A stretch of 64,000 bases of DNA, taken from assembly GCA_035512495.1 (NCBI GenBank), contig DATKDW010000039.1:10753-74752 (forward strand), in the 5' to 3' direction. This document shows positions 51,812 through 59,855 of this stretch, piece after piece. The notes under the pieces are model-generated. The model saw nothing but the letters and a program-made list of their open reading frames with translations. It searched no databases and was not told where the DNA came from. Position 1 is the stretch's first letter, and each line of letters begins with the position of its first letter. Position numbers and translations under genes: made by a program. This DNA is from Acidimicrobiales bacterium. Its GTDB lineage: Bacteria > Actinomycetota > Acidimicrobiia > Acidimicrobiales > CADCSY01.

Positions 51812-52006
51812 GTGACCGATGCCGACTTCGATCCGGAGCGGCTGGCGGTGTGCGCGTACTGGCGGTGCGGGGTGCTGTTCGAGCAACGTTCCGGGAATCA
51901 GCGGTTCTGCCGAAAGGCGTGTCGCAGCCGGCACGACAAGTGGCAGCGGGCGCAGGAGCGCCGCGCTGCGCGTGAAGAGGCGAAGCAGCACCGGAGGCGA
52001 CCGTGA
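51812..52006 (+). CDS. Small basic Cys-rich (zinc-ribbon/CGNR-like) protein
   Basis: CAYWRCGVLFEQRSGNQRFCRKACRSRHDKWQR shows a C-x4-C ... C-x3-C pattern followed by a basic tail. GTG start. Confidence 0.4.
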   Translation: MTDADFDPERLAVCAYWRCGVLFEQRSGNQRFCRKACRSRHDKWQRAQERRAAREEAKQHRRRP

Positions 52007-52139
52007 GCGACCACCGAGGTTGTGGTCCTCTTGTCTACTGCTGAGCGTCCAGCGTCCGAGTCGAACGGAACTGGATGATCGGGGCGGTCGGGGAGCCCGA
52101 GCCGTCGAGCGACGATGCCCGTCGCTACCTTCTTGCTTC

Positions 52140-53336
52140 GTGACACTGCCTGCCGTGCCCAGGCGCGCTGACCTCACGAGCCGCTCGAAGCGCTACGCCG
52201 CGGCCTTCCTACGTGGTGTCCTGCGAGTGTATGAAGGGCTCAAGGCTCGACTGCTCGTCGAGATCACACCGCCAGGTGACGACCCGTTCTACAACCAGCC
52301 CGACGACCTTGATTCGTACGCGCCCGGCGCGATCATCGACAGCCGAGCCGTCGACATCCGCTTGTTCCGTCGCCGCGTAAAGGTCGACGCATGGCACGTG
52401 AAGTTCCGCACCACCACATCCGATGGGACACCCGCAGCAGGCGTTGCAACGGTGATGCTTCCTCGCAACGGTAGGAGGCGCGCCCTACTCGCCTACCAAC
52501 CGGCAATCGACAGCCTCGGTTCGGCAGGTGATCCGTCGTACACGCTGCGCCACGGCGACCACCTCGAGCTCCCGGTCATGCTCCTCGCCCTACGCCGTGG
52601 GTGGGTGGTCATCGCAGTCGACTGGACGGGACCCCATCACTCCTTCGTCGACCTGCCGCTGGCAGCGCGATTCGTGCTCGATGGGATCCGCGCCGGCCTC
52701 AGCTTCGAGCCGGCCCACCTCGACCTCGATGCACCCGTCGGTCTCTGGGGATACTCCGGCGGCGCGCTGGCGACGCTCTTCGCCGCTGAGCAGCATCCGC
52801 AATACGCACCGGAGCTGAACATCGTCGGCGCAGCCGCGGGTGGTGGTGGCGTCGACATCACGTCCTCGCCGGAGATGTTCGAAGCGGGGAACCTGCTCAG
52901 CGGCATCCCGTTCGGGGCCTGCATCGCAGCGAGCCGCACCTTCCCGGACTTCGACCTCTCCGGTCATCTGACGGCCCACGGCCAAGCCATGGTCGCGGCG
53001 GCCGAGGAGATGACGATGGAGCAGCTCGCCATGAGCTTCCCATTCGTTCGCATGAGCAGCATCCTCAGCGTGCCGACGATCTCGGACCTCCCGGGAGCGC
53101 GGGCCGGCTTCGCGGCGACCCGGTGCGGGCAAGCAACACCGGCTACGCCCATGTTCCTTTACCACGCGGTCCACGACCAGGCGACCGAGATCACGGATGT
53201 CGACAAGCTCGTCCAGAAGTACCGGGGCGAAGAAGTCGACATCACCTACCGCCGTTACCGGTTCGGTGAGCACCTGATCGTGATGTTCCGAGCCGTGCCG
53301 GCAGCGCTGCGCTTCCTGGCGAAACGTCTCGGCTGA
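52140..53336 (+). CDS. LIP-family (secretory-lipase-like) alpha/beta hydrolase
   Basis: PPGDDPFYNQP...PGAIIDSRAV N-terminal LIP signature, GLWGYSGGALA nucleophile elbow, and a late HDQATEI / GEH. The start is uncertain (GTG 52140, 52155 or later), and no convincing signal peptide is visible. Confidence 0.7.
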   Translation: MTLPAVPRRADLTSRSKRYAAAFLRGVLRVYEGLKARLLVEITPPGDDPFYNQPDDLDSYAPGAIIDSRAVDIRLFRRRVKVDAWHVKFRTTTSDGTPAAGVATVMLPRNGRRRALLAYQPAIDSLGSAGDPSYTLRHGDHLELPVMLLALRRGWVVIAVDWTGPHHSFVDLPLAARFVLDGIRAGLSFEPAHLDLDAPVGLWGYSGGALATLFAAEQHPQYAPELNIVGAAAGGGGVDITSSPEMFEAGNLLSGIPFGACIAASRTFPDFDLSGHLTAHGQAMVAAAEEMTMEQLAMSFPFVRMSSILSVPTISDLPGARAGFAATRCGQATPATPMFLYHAVHDQATEITDVDKLVQKYRGEEVDITYRRYRFGEHLIVMFRAVPAALRFLAKRLG

Positions 53337-53532
53337 CTCGTCCGAGCAACGCAACCCACCTCCATGCCCAGTCGACAGCCGCCCCTACTGCCGGCTCGCG
53401 CATCGTCAATGCCCCAGCGCGACTGGATGGATCGGAGCCGCTCGCTCAGCTCGGCGACACCGAGCTCGACCCGCCGGGCATCACTTATCCGATGCTCGCC
53501 TCAAAGGCCTACCGCTACAAGTATCCGACCTT

Positions 53533-53847
53533 CTAGACCACGAGCCAGATGACGAAGGCAGCGCCGGCGACGGCCGAAACGCTCCACCCCAACCACCTCG
53601 CCCACTCCGGTCGACCTGCAAGTTGCGCCGAACGGCTGGCGCCCACCGTTCCGAGCATGAAGACAAGCCCCGCAGGACCGATCAGGACGGACAGATCACC
53701 CCCGGTGAGAACGGTCAGTAACGCACCTAGAACGACGGCAGCGAAGGCAACAGCCCAACTCGCGACGATCCACCTAGGCAATGGTTCGCTCGGGTCGAGA
53801 ACGGTAGGAACGCCACCCCACTCACGCCACCACCGCTTGTTCGTCAC
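53533..53847 (-). CDS. Small hypothetical membrane protein (about 3 TM helices)
   Basis: Hydrophobic stretches WIVASWAVAFAAVVLGALLTVL, LIGPAGLVFMLGTV and WSVSAVAGAAFVIWLVV. GTG 53847 is chosen. The longer track ORF adds an Arg-rich shadow. Confidence 0.4.
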   Translation of the reverse strand: MTNKRWWREWGGVPTVLDPSEPLPRWIVASWAVAFAAVVLGALLTVLTGGDLSVLIGPAGLVFMLGTVGASRSAQLAGRPEWARWLGWSVSAVAGAAFVIWLVV

Positions 53848-53926
53848 GCGCCCATACTGCCGGTTGAGCCGGCGTCTCCGCAGAAGTTGACGTCGTAGCC
53901 GAGGGCCGAGCCGCGACCAGCCGCTG

Positions 53927-54190
53927 TCAGTCGCGGACCTGCACCTCGACACCGAAGAGCTCGCACGTCACCGGCCCCGGGGTGGACCGGGCACGCTCGG
54001 CGCAGTCCGACAGCGTGGCTCGTTGGCTCCAGATCCCCGCGCCAACCACGAAGAGGACGGCCACGATCACCAGCCGCAGCACCGCCTTGGTCACGAAGCG
54101 TATGACCACGACAGCCGCCACACCGAGGATCACGATGGTGCCGAGGGCGAGCCCCTTGATGGTGTCGGCGTCGAGGGATTCGGGGAGCAT
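53927..54190 (-). CDS. Small hypothetical membrane protein (2 TM helices)
   Basis: ATG 54190: MLPESLDADTIKGLALGTIVILGVAAVVVIRFVTKAVLRLVIVAVLFVVGAGIW... The remainder of track ORF 53927..54976 is antisense shadow of the DUF3151 gene. Confidence 0.45.
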   Translation of the reverse strand: MLPESLDADTIKGLALGTIVILGVAAVVVIRFVTKAVLRLVIVAVLFVVGAGIWSQRATLSDCAERARSTPGPVTCELFGVEVQVRD

Positions 54191-54256
54191 TCGCCGGAGC
54201 GTAGAGGGACGGGCCGGGCGTGGATGGGGATGGAGCGCCCGCCGTAGGGTGGGCCC

Positions 54257-54691
54257 ATGTCCGACCAGACCCCCGTCAACCTCACGCCCTCCGGGCCGCC
54301 CGAGACGGTCCTCGACCCCGAGCCCGCCGAGGCCCTGTCGGGGCTGGTCGAGGCTCTCGCCCGACCCGACGACGAGCGACGGGCGGCGGTCTCCGCAGTG
54401 GTCGCCCGGCACCCACGGTTCCTCGACGGCTGGGCACGCCTCGGTGAGCTCGGACGGGACGAGGTCGAGTCGTACGCCTGCTTCCGGGTGGGGTATCACC
54501 GAGGCCTCGACCGTCTCCGCCAGTCGGGATGGCGGGGATCGGGCTACGTGCGCTGGGAGCACGAGACCAACCGGGGCTTCCTGCGGGCCCTGCAGGGACT
54601 CCAGGCGATGGCCGCCGCCATCGGCGAGCACGACGAGGCGGAGCGATGCGCCCACTTCGTCGACCAGCTCGACCCTTCCCTGCGGCGCTGA
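54257..54691 (+). CDS. DUF3151-family protein
   Basis: YACFRVGYHRGLDRLRQSGWRGSGYVRWEHETNRGFLRAL is the conserved core of this actinobacterial family. Confidence 0.8.
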   Translation: MSDQTPVNLTPSGPPETVLDPEPAEALSGLVEALARPDDERRAAVSAVVARHPRFLDGWARLGELGRDEVESYACFRVGYHRGLDRLRQSGWRGSGYVRWEHETNRGFLRALQGLQAMAAAIGEHDEAERCAHFVDQLDPSLRR

Positions 54692-54731
54692 CCGAACGCG
54701 ATCGCCGGCCGTCGTCGGCCAGGATGGACCG

Positions 54732-55652
54732 GTGACCACTCGCCGCCGCCTCGCGACCTGGCTGGTGCTCGTGCTGCTGGCTGGCGCGTGCGCAGACGGG
54801 GGAGCGCGCGATGCCGGCGGCGAGGCGGTGGGCGACGGCACCTCGGTCGCGGCCGAGGACGCGCCGCCGGAGGTCGTCGACGGCGCCCCCGGTGCCCCCG
54901 CGGCGCCCACCGGCGACGACGGCGCCGCCGCCCCACCCGCTCCGAGCCCCACCGCTACCCCCTCACCCCAGACCACGGCCCCACGCGCCGAGGACCCGCC
55001 CCCGCCTTCGGCGACGGAGTTCGACTCGAGCGGGCCACCGGGGACCTACGCCGCCGTCCTGCTCCGGCCCCAGCCGGCGACGCGCCTGGTGGTCGAGGTG
55101 CTCACCCAGGGCAGCGCCCGCCCTCAGCAGGTCACCCTCGACCGGCTCACCCGGGAGCTTGGCGAGGTGAGCGGGAAGCCGGTGTCGCTCAGCGGGGGCG
55201 AGGTCGTCGGTGACCGGCAGTCCTGGACGGCTGATCAGGTTCGGGGCGCCGGCGACGCCGCGGCCCGCATCCCCCAGGGCGACGGCGTGGCCGTGATCCG
55301 CCTGCTGTGGCTGCAGGGGTCGTTCGACGGTGGCCACACTCCCGGGTCTGCCCTCGGCGTGGCCGTCCGGGGTGATCTGGCGGCGGTGTTCCCGGACGAG
55401 ATCCGTGGCCGTCCCGGCGTGGAGGAAGCGGTCGCGGTCCACGAGCTGGGGCACCTCTTGGGTCTTGTCGACCTCTTCCTCGACACGGGTCGCGCCGACC
55501 CCGACCACCCCGGACACTCGTCCAACCGTCGGTCGGTCATGTACTGGGCGGTCGAGTCGAGCCTGATCGACACCATCCTCACCGGGGGACCGCCGCGGGA
55601 CTTCGACGCCGACGACCTGGCCGACCTCCGCCGCATCCGCGAGGGTTCATGA
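54732..55652 (+). CDS. Lipoprotein metzincin-type zinc metalloprotease (snapalysin-like HExxHxxGxxD)
   Basis: GTG 54732. Lipobox LVLLAGAC, a Pro/Ala-rich linker, VHELGHLLGLVD and a downstream SVMYW Met-turn. Confidence 0.75.
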   Translation: MTTRRRLATWLVLVLLAGACADGGARDAGGEAVGDGTSVAAEDAPPEVVDGAPGAPAAPTGDDGAAAPPAPSPTATPSPQTTAPRAEDPPPPSATEFDSSGPPGTYAAVLLRPQPATRLVVEVLTQGSARPQQVTLDRLTRELGEVSGKPVSLSGGEVVGDRQSWTADQVRGAGDAAARIPQGDGVAVIRLLWLQGSFDGGHTPGSALGVAVRGDLAAVFPDEIRGRPGVEEAVAVHELGHLLGLVDLFLDTGRADPDHPGHSSNRRSVMYWAVESSLIDTILTGGPPRDFDADDLADLRRIREGS

Positions 55653-56236
55653 CCGATGGGGCGCGCTTCGTCGGCGCCGTCCTCGCCGGCGGGCGCAGCC
55701 GGCGGATGGGGCGCGACAAGGCGACGATCCGAGTCGACGGGCGGGCGCTCGCGTCGTTGGCCGTCGAGGCACTCGTCGCTGCCGGCGCCGGCCGGGTGCT
55801 CGTCATCGGCGGTCCGGTGCCGAGCTCCCTGCCGGGCGCGGAACACGTCAGCGACGACCATCCCGGAGAGGGCCCGCTCGGCGGCATCATCACCGCCCTG
55901 CGCCACGGCGGCGCCCCGGTGGTGGTCGTCCTGGCGTGCGACCTCCCCGCCGCCGACCCCGATGCGGTGACGGCCGTCGTCGAGACCCTGCTCGATCATC
56001 CCCGTGCCCTGGCAGCGGTGCCGGTGACTGCCGGCGGCCGCCGCGAGGTGCTCCACGCCGCGTGGCGCCTCGACGCCCTCGGCCCCTTGGAGGTGGCCTT
56101 CGCCGCAGGGGAGCGCGCGCCACGCCGAGCCCTGCTGCGCCTCCCGGTGGCCGAGGTCGAGGGCCTCGACCCCCGGAGCCTCACTGGGGTCAACACCCCC
56201 GACGAGCTGGCGGCGTGGGAGGGCAAAAACGCCTGA
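55649..56236 (+). CDS. mobA: Molybdenum cofactor guanylyltransferase
   Basis: GAVLAGGRSRRMGRDKA, GPLGGIITAL and VLACDLP motifs. ATG 55649 overlaps the previous stop (ATGA). Confidence 0.88.
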   Translation: MTDGARFVGAVLAGGRSRRMGRDKATIRVDGRALASLAVEALVAAGAGRVLVIGGPVPSSLPGAEHVSDDHPGEGPLGGIITALRHGGAPVVVVLACDLPAADPDAVTAVVETLLDHPRALAAVPVTAGGRREVLHAAWRLDALGPLEVAFAAGERAPRRALLRLPVAEVEGLDPRSLTGVNTPDELAAWEGKNA

Positions 56237-56264
56237 CGCCCTGAGGTCGGGCCAGACTGTCGCC

Positions 56265-56597
56265 ATGAGCGAGACGAACCCGATCCCCGAGATCAGCGTC
56301 GCCGAGCTGGCCGACCGCCATGGCGATGCCTGGATCCTCGACGTGCGCCAACCCGACGAGTACGAGGAGGTCCACGTCCCGGGAGCCACCCTCATCCCGC
56401 TCGACCAGCTCCCCGACCGGCGGGCCGAGGTGCCCGCCGACGTCGACGTCTACGTGGTCTGCCGTAGTGGCGGCCGCAGCGCCGCCGCGGTCGTGGTCCT
56501 CAACGGTGCCGGGCACCGCGCGACCAACGTGGTGGGCGGGACCCTGGCCTGGATCGACGAGGGCCACCCCGTGGCGACGGGTCCCGAGGCCGGCTGA
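56265..56597 (+). CDS. Rhodanese-domain sulfurtransferase
   Basis: ILDVRQPDEYEEVHVPGA and active-site loop VVCRSGGRS. Confidence 0.88.
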   Translation: MSETNPIPEISVAELADRHGDAWILDVRQPDEYEEVHVPGATLIPLDQLPDRRAEVPADVDVYVVCRSGGRSAAAVVVLNGAGHRATNVVGGTLAWIDEGHPVATGPEAG

Positions 56598-56599
56598 GC

Positions 56600-57805
56600 A
56601 TGCCGGCCGGGGACGCGCACCGCCTCGTGGTCGACGACCGCGGCCTCGACGAGGTGGTCGACGCCCTCGACGGCGTGGAGGCCTACGCCGTCGACACGGA
56701 GTTCCACCGGGAGCGCACCTACTTCCCGAAGGTGGCGCTCGTGCAGATCGCCTGGCCTGGCGGGTGCGCCCTCATCGATCCCCTCGCCGTCGACATCGAG
56801 CCCCTGGCCGACGTCTTCGAGGGCCCCGGCCTGGCGGTCATGCATGCCTGCACCCAGGACCTCGAGGTCTTCCAGCGGGCCTGCGGCACCGTGCCCTCCC
56901 GGCTGTTCGACACCCAGCTGGCGTCGGGATTCCTCGGGTTCTCGACGCCGTCGCTCAGCGCCATCGTCGACCGGGTCCTCGACGTCCACCTTCCCAAGGG
57001 CAACCGACTGACCGACTGGCTCCGGCGTCCCCTGAGCGGCGACCAGCTGACCTACGCGGCATCCGACGTTCTCCACCTCCTCGAGCTCGCCGACATCCTC
57101 CGTCGGGAGCTCGAGGCGACCGGACGCCTGGATTGGGCGGAGGAGGAGTGCGAGGAGCTCCGGTCCCGCGGGTGGGGTCCGCCCGAGCCCGACGCCGCGT
57201 GGCTGCGCCTGAAGGAGAGCCGCAGCCTCCGCGGCACCGCCCGGGGGGTGGCGCAGGCCGTCGCCGCCTGGAGGGAGCGCCGGGCGGCTGCCGTCGACCA
57301 GCCGCCCCGGTTCGTCCTGCCCGACCTGGCGGTCATCGGCATCGCCAACAACCCGCCGCGCGACCCAGCCCAGCTCCGAAAGGTGCGAGGCCTCGACGAA
57401 CGCCATGCCAAGGGCCGGACCGGCGAAGAGCTGCTCGAGGCGGTGCGCGCCGGGACGGAGCTCGACGCCAGCGAGCTGCGCCGTCCGAAGCGTGACGAGG
57501 TCGACCGCGACCTGCGGCCCGCCGTCGCCCTGGTCTCGGCGTGGATCAGCCAGATCAGCCGAGAGCTGCGCATCGACACCACCCTGCTTGCCACCCGCTC
57601 CGATCTGTCGGCCTTCCTCGCCGACGACCCTGACGCCCGGCTGGCCACGGGATGGCGGGGTGAGCTGCTCGGCGCCCCGATCCGCAGCCTCGTCGGGGGT
57701 GAGTTCGCCCTGGCCTTCGACGGCAAGGGGGGCCTGGCGCTGGAGCGCCGGTCGGGCAAGGCGGTCACCATCGACCTCCCCGTCCCTGAGGCGGACTGGC
57801 TCTAG
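56600..57805 (+). CDS. rnd: Ribonuclease D (DEDDy 3'-5' exonuclease + HRDC)
   Basis: AVDTEF (ExoI), HACTQDLEV (ExoII), YAASDVLHL (ExoIII), and an HRDC-like segment VAQAVAAWRERRA. Confidence 0.9.
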   Translation: MPAGDAHRLVVDDRGLDEVVDALDGVEAYAVDTEFHRERTYFPKVALVQIAWPGGCALIDPLAVDIEPLADVFEGPGLAVMHACTQDLEVFQRACGTVPSRLFDTQLASGFLGFSTPSLSAIVDRVLDVHLPKGNRLTDWLRRPLSGDQLTYAASDVLHLLELADILRRELEATGRLDWAEEECEELRSRGWGPPEPDAAWLRLKESRSLRGTARGVAQAVAAWRERRAAAVDQPPRFVLPDLAVIGIANNPPRDPAQLRKVRGLDERHAKGRTGEELLEAVRAGTELDASELRRPKRDEVDRDLRPAVALVSAWISQISRELRIDTTLLATRSDLSAFLADDPDARLATGWRGELLGAPIRSLVGGEFALAFDGKGGLALERRSGKAVTIDLPVPEADWL

Positions 57806-57832
57806 CCGAGACGCAGCGTGCGTCGCCTCAGC

Positions 57833-59446
57833 TCATTCGGGGTGATGGAGGACGACGGCCTGGTCGGGCGCCAGGGTGCCGGCCCACCGGCCACCCTCAC
57901 CCGCCCCGTCGCTGGCGACCTCGATCACCCACGCACCGCCCAGGTCGAGGTCGACTGGCGCGGCGGTGAAGCTGACCACCACCAGGCGCTCGTCGTCGCC
58001 GTGCCGGCGGTGCCAGGCGAGCACCCCGTCGGGGGCATCGACGAGCTCGATGCTGCCGAGCTGCAGCGCCGGGCTCGAGCGCCGGGCGGCGAGGAGGCGA
58101 CGGTAGAGGTGGGGCATCGAGGCGGCGTCGGCGAGGAGCGCTTCGAGGCTGTGATCGGCGGCATCCGGCGGCCAGGGGAGCCACGGCTCCGCCGCCCAAC
58201 CATGGAGGCCGTCGCGGTCCCAGGGGATCGGTGCCCGGCACCCGTCGCGGCCACCGGGGTCGACGACGCGGTCCGGCGGGACCTCGGCATCCTCGAGACC
58301 GAGCTCCTCACCGGCGTAGAGGAAGGTGGTGCCCCGGAGCCCGAGGAGCAGGACGGCAGCGGCGCGGGCTCTCGCCTCGGTGCCGTAGCGCGAGCGGTGC
58401 CGGGGGTTGTCGTGGTTGGAGAGCACCCAGGTCGGCCACCCGCCGACCGAACCCATGTGCTCCTCCACGTCGAGGATCCGGCCCCGCCAGCGCGGCGCCG
58501 CCCAGCGGGTGAAGAGCGGGGGGAAGTTGAAGCAGAGGTGGAGCTCGTCGCCGTCGCCGTAGTACCTGGCCACCTTGGCGGTGTCGAGGAGGAAGACCTC
58601 ACCCACCATCATCCGGTCGCCGTCGTAGGAGTCGAGGAGCGTGCGCAGCCCCCGGAGGATCTCGTGGGTCTGCTCCCACTCGCTCGTGTCGGACTCCGGC
58701 GAGGTGAGGCCGCTCGCGGCGGCGTCCGGGCCAGCGTCGGGGTCCTTGCCAATGGCATGGACCACGTCGGCGCGGAAGCCGTCGACACCCCGGTCGAGCC
58801 AGAACCGCAGCGTGTCGTGCATCGCCGCCACGACCTCGGGGTTGCGCCACTCGAGGTCAGGCTGCTCGGGGAGGAAGAGGTGCAGGTACCACTGCTCGGT
58901 GGCGTCGTCCCAGGTCCACGCGCTGGCCTCGATGCCGACGGGGTCGTCGAGCAGCCGGGGGCGCAGCTGGCCGTCGTCGTCGCGCACCCAGGTGCTCTCG
59001 CCCGTGAAGGCGGCGCGCCAGCCGTTCGGCGGGGTGTCGGGGGTGCCGTCGCGCCAGACGTACCAGCCCCGCTTGGGGGCGTCCCGGGCGGATCGGGACT
59101 CGACGAACCACGGGTGCTGGTCGCTGGTGTGGTTGGGAACCCAGTCGATCACCACCTTGATGTCGCGCTCGTGGGCGTCGGCGAGGAGCCGGTCGAAGTC
59201 GCCGAGGGTGCCGAACACCGGGTCGACGTCGCAGTGGTCGGCGACGTCGTAGCCGAAGTCGGCCATGGGCGAGGGGAAGAACGGGGAGAGCCAGATGGCG
59301 TCCACCCCGAGCCACGCCAGGTGGTCGAGGCGGCGGCGGATCCCCTCCAGGTCGCCGATGCCGTCGCCGGTCGTGTCGGCGAAGGAACGCGGGTAGATCT
59401 GGTAGATCACCGCTGTCTGCCACCAGGGGGCGCCCATGGCGGGCAT
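57833..59446 (-). CDS. GH13 alpha-glucosidase / oligo-1,6-glucosidase-like
   Basis: WWQTAVIYQIYPRSFAD, DWVPNHTS, GVDGFRADVVHAI, MVGEVF and VLSNHDNPR (GH13 conserved regions I-IV). Confidence 0.92.
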   Translation of the reverse strand: MPAMGAPWWQTAVIYQIYPRSFADTTGDGIGDLEGIRRRLDHLAWLGVDAIWLSPFFPSPMADFGYDVADHCDVDPVFGTLGDFDRLLADAHERDIKVVIDWVPNHTSDQHPWFVESRSARDAPKRGWYVWRDGTPDTPPNGWRAAFTGESTWVRDDDGQLRPRLLDDPVGIEASAWTWDDATEQWYLHLFLPEQPDLEWRNPEVVAAMHDTLRFWLDRGVDGFRADVVHAIGKDPDAGPDAAASGLTSPESDTSEWEQTHEILRGLRTLLDSYDGDRMMVGEVFLLDTAKVARYYGDGDELHLCFNFPPLFTRWAAPRWRGRILDVEEHMGSVGGWPTWVLSNHDNPRHRSRYGTEARARAAAVLLLGLRGTTFLYAGEELGLEDAEVPPDRVVDPGGRDGCRAPIPWDRDGLHGWAAEPWLPWPPDAADHSLEALLADAASMPHLYRRLLAARRSSPALQLGSIELVDAPDGVLAWHRRHGDDERLVVVSFTAAPVDLDLGGAWVIEVASDGAGEGGRWAGTLAPDQAVVLHHPE

Positions 59447-59544
59447 CGTACGGCGGTCCGGCGGCTGCTCTACCCGGTGCGGCGACGCCGCTGGGACGCG
59501 GTAGGCTGCAAGGACGTTCTGACGACTTCGTTTCGGGAGAGCTC

Positions 59545-59733
59545 GTGGTCAAGAAGGGCCGCCATCGGCGCTACGAGGAAGCGCGCGCCGTGAAGCACAC
59601 ATCCAGCGAGCTCCAGCTCGGTGACGTCGGCTTCGTTCAGCTCGAGGAGTGCCCCGAGTGTGGGGCCGACCCCGGCGATCCCCACGCGGGCTGGTGCCTC
59701 CACGACGAGCTCTCGGCCGACGAGGACGAGTAG
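59545..59733 (+). CDS. Small conserved-looking protein with C-x2-C ... C-x-H knuckle and acidic tail
   Basis: GTG 59545, 5 nt after GGGAGA. MVKKGRHRRYEEARAVKH...ECPECGADPGDPHAGWCLHDELSADEDE. Confidence 0.5.
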   Translation: MVKKGRHRRYEEARAVKHTSSELQLGDVGFVQLEECPECGADPGDPHAGWCLHDELSADEDE

Positions 59734-59855
59734 CGGGGCCTGTCACCGACGGGATCCCTTCCCACCTCGCTCCGCTCGGCGGGCCCCTTCCGTCGGCGCC
59801 ACCCGCTACTCGTCGCAGCCTCGTGGTGGTTCAGCGGACTCGGCTCCGCCGAGGC

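Larger units (their letters stand above)
50160..54200. other. Compositionally atypical (lower-GC) accessory segment
   Basis: Hand counts of 60-nt lines: 57% (52021), 60% (50341) and 63% (53641) inside, against 77% for a typical flank line (20041). Codons rare elsewhere (TTA, CTA, GTA, AAT) appear here. Confidence 0.5.

Noticed and set aside
53270-53535. 88-codon open frame without a canonical start in the non-coding gap after the lipase gene (ends ...DPPGITYPMLASKAYRYKYPTF*)
   Set aside because: It could be the C-terminal remnant of a decayed gene. However, I recognise no family, it has no start codon, and an open frame of this length is not improbable at this GC content. A tblastn/blastx search would decide.
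50160-54200. Integrative mobile element (island with att sites)
   Set aside because: There is no integrase, transposase or relaxase, no tRNA target, no terminal inverted repeats and no right-end copy of the left-border repeat. I report it only as a compositionally atypical insert.
59834-59849. Candidate bidirectional terminator hairpin (GCGGA-N6-TCCGC) between the 62-aa gene and the ClC gene
   Set aside because: The stem is only 5 bp and there is no T tract. This is too weak to call.
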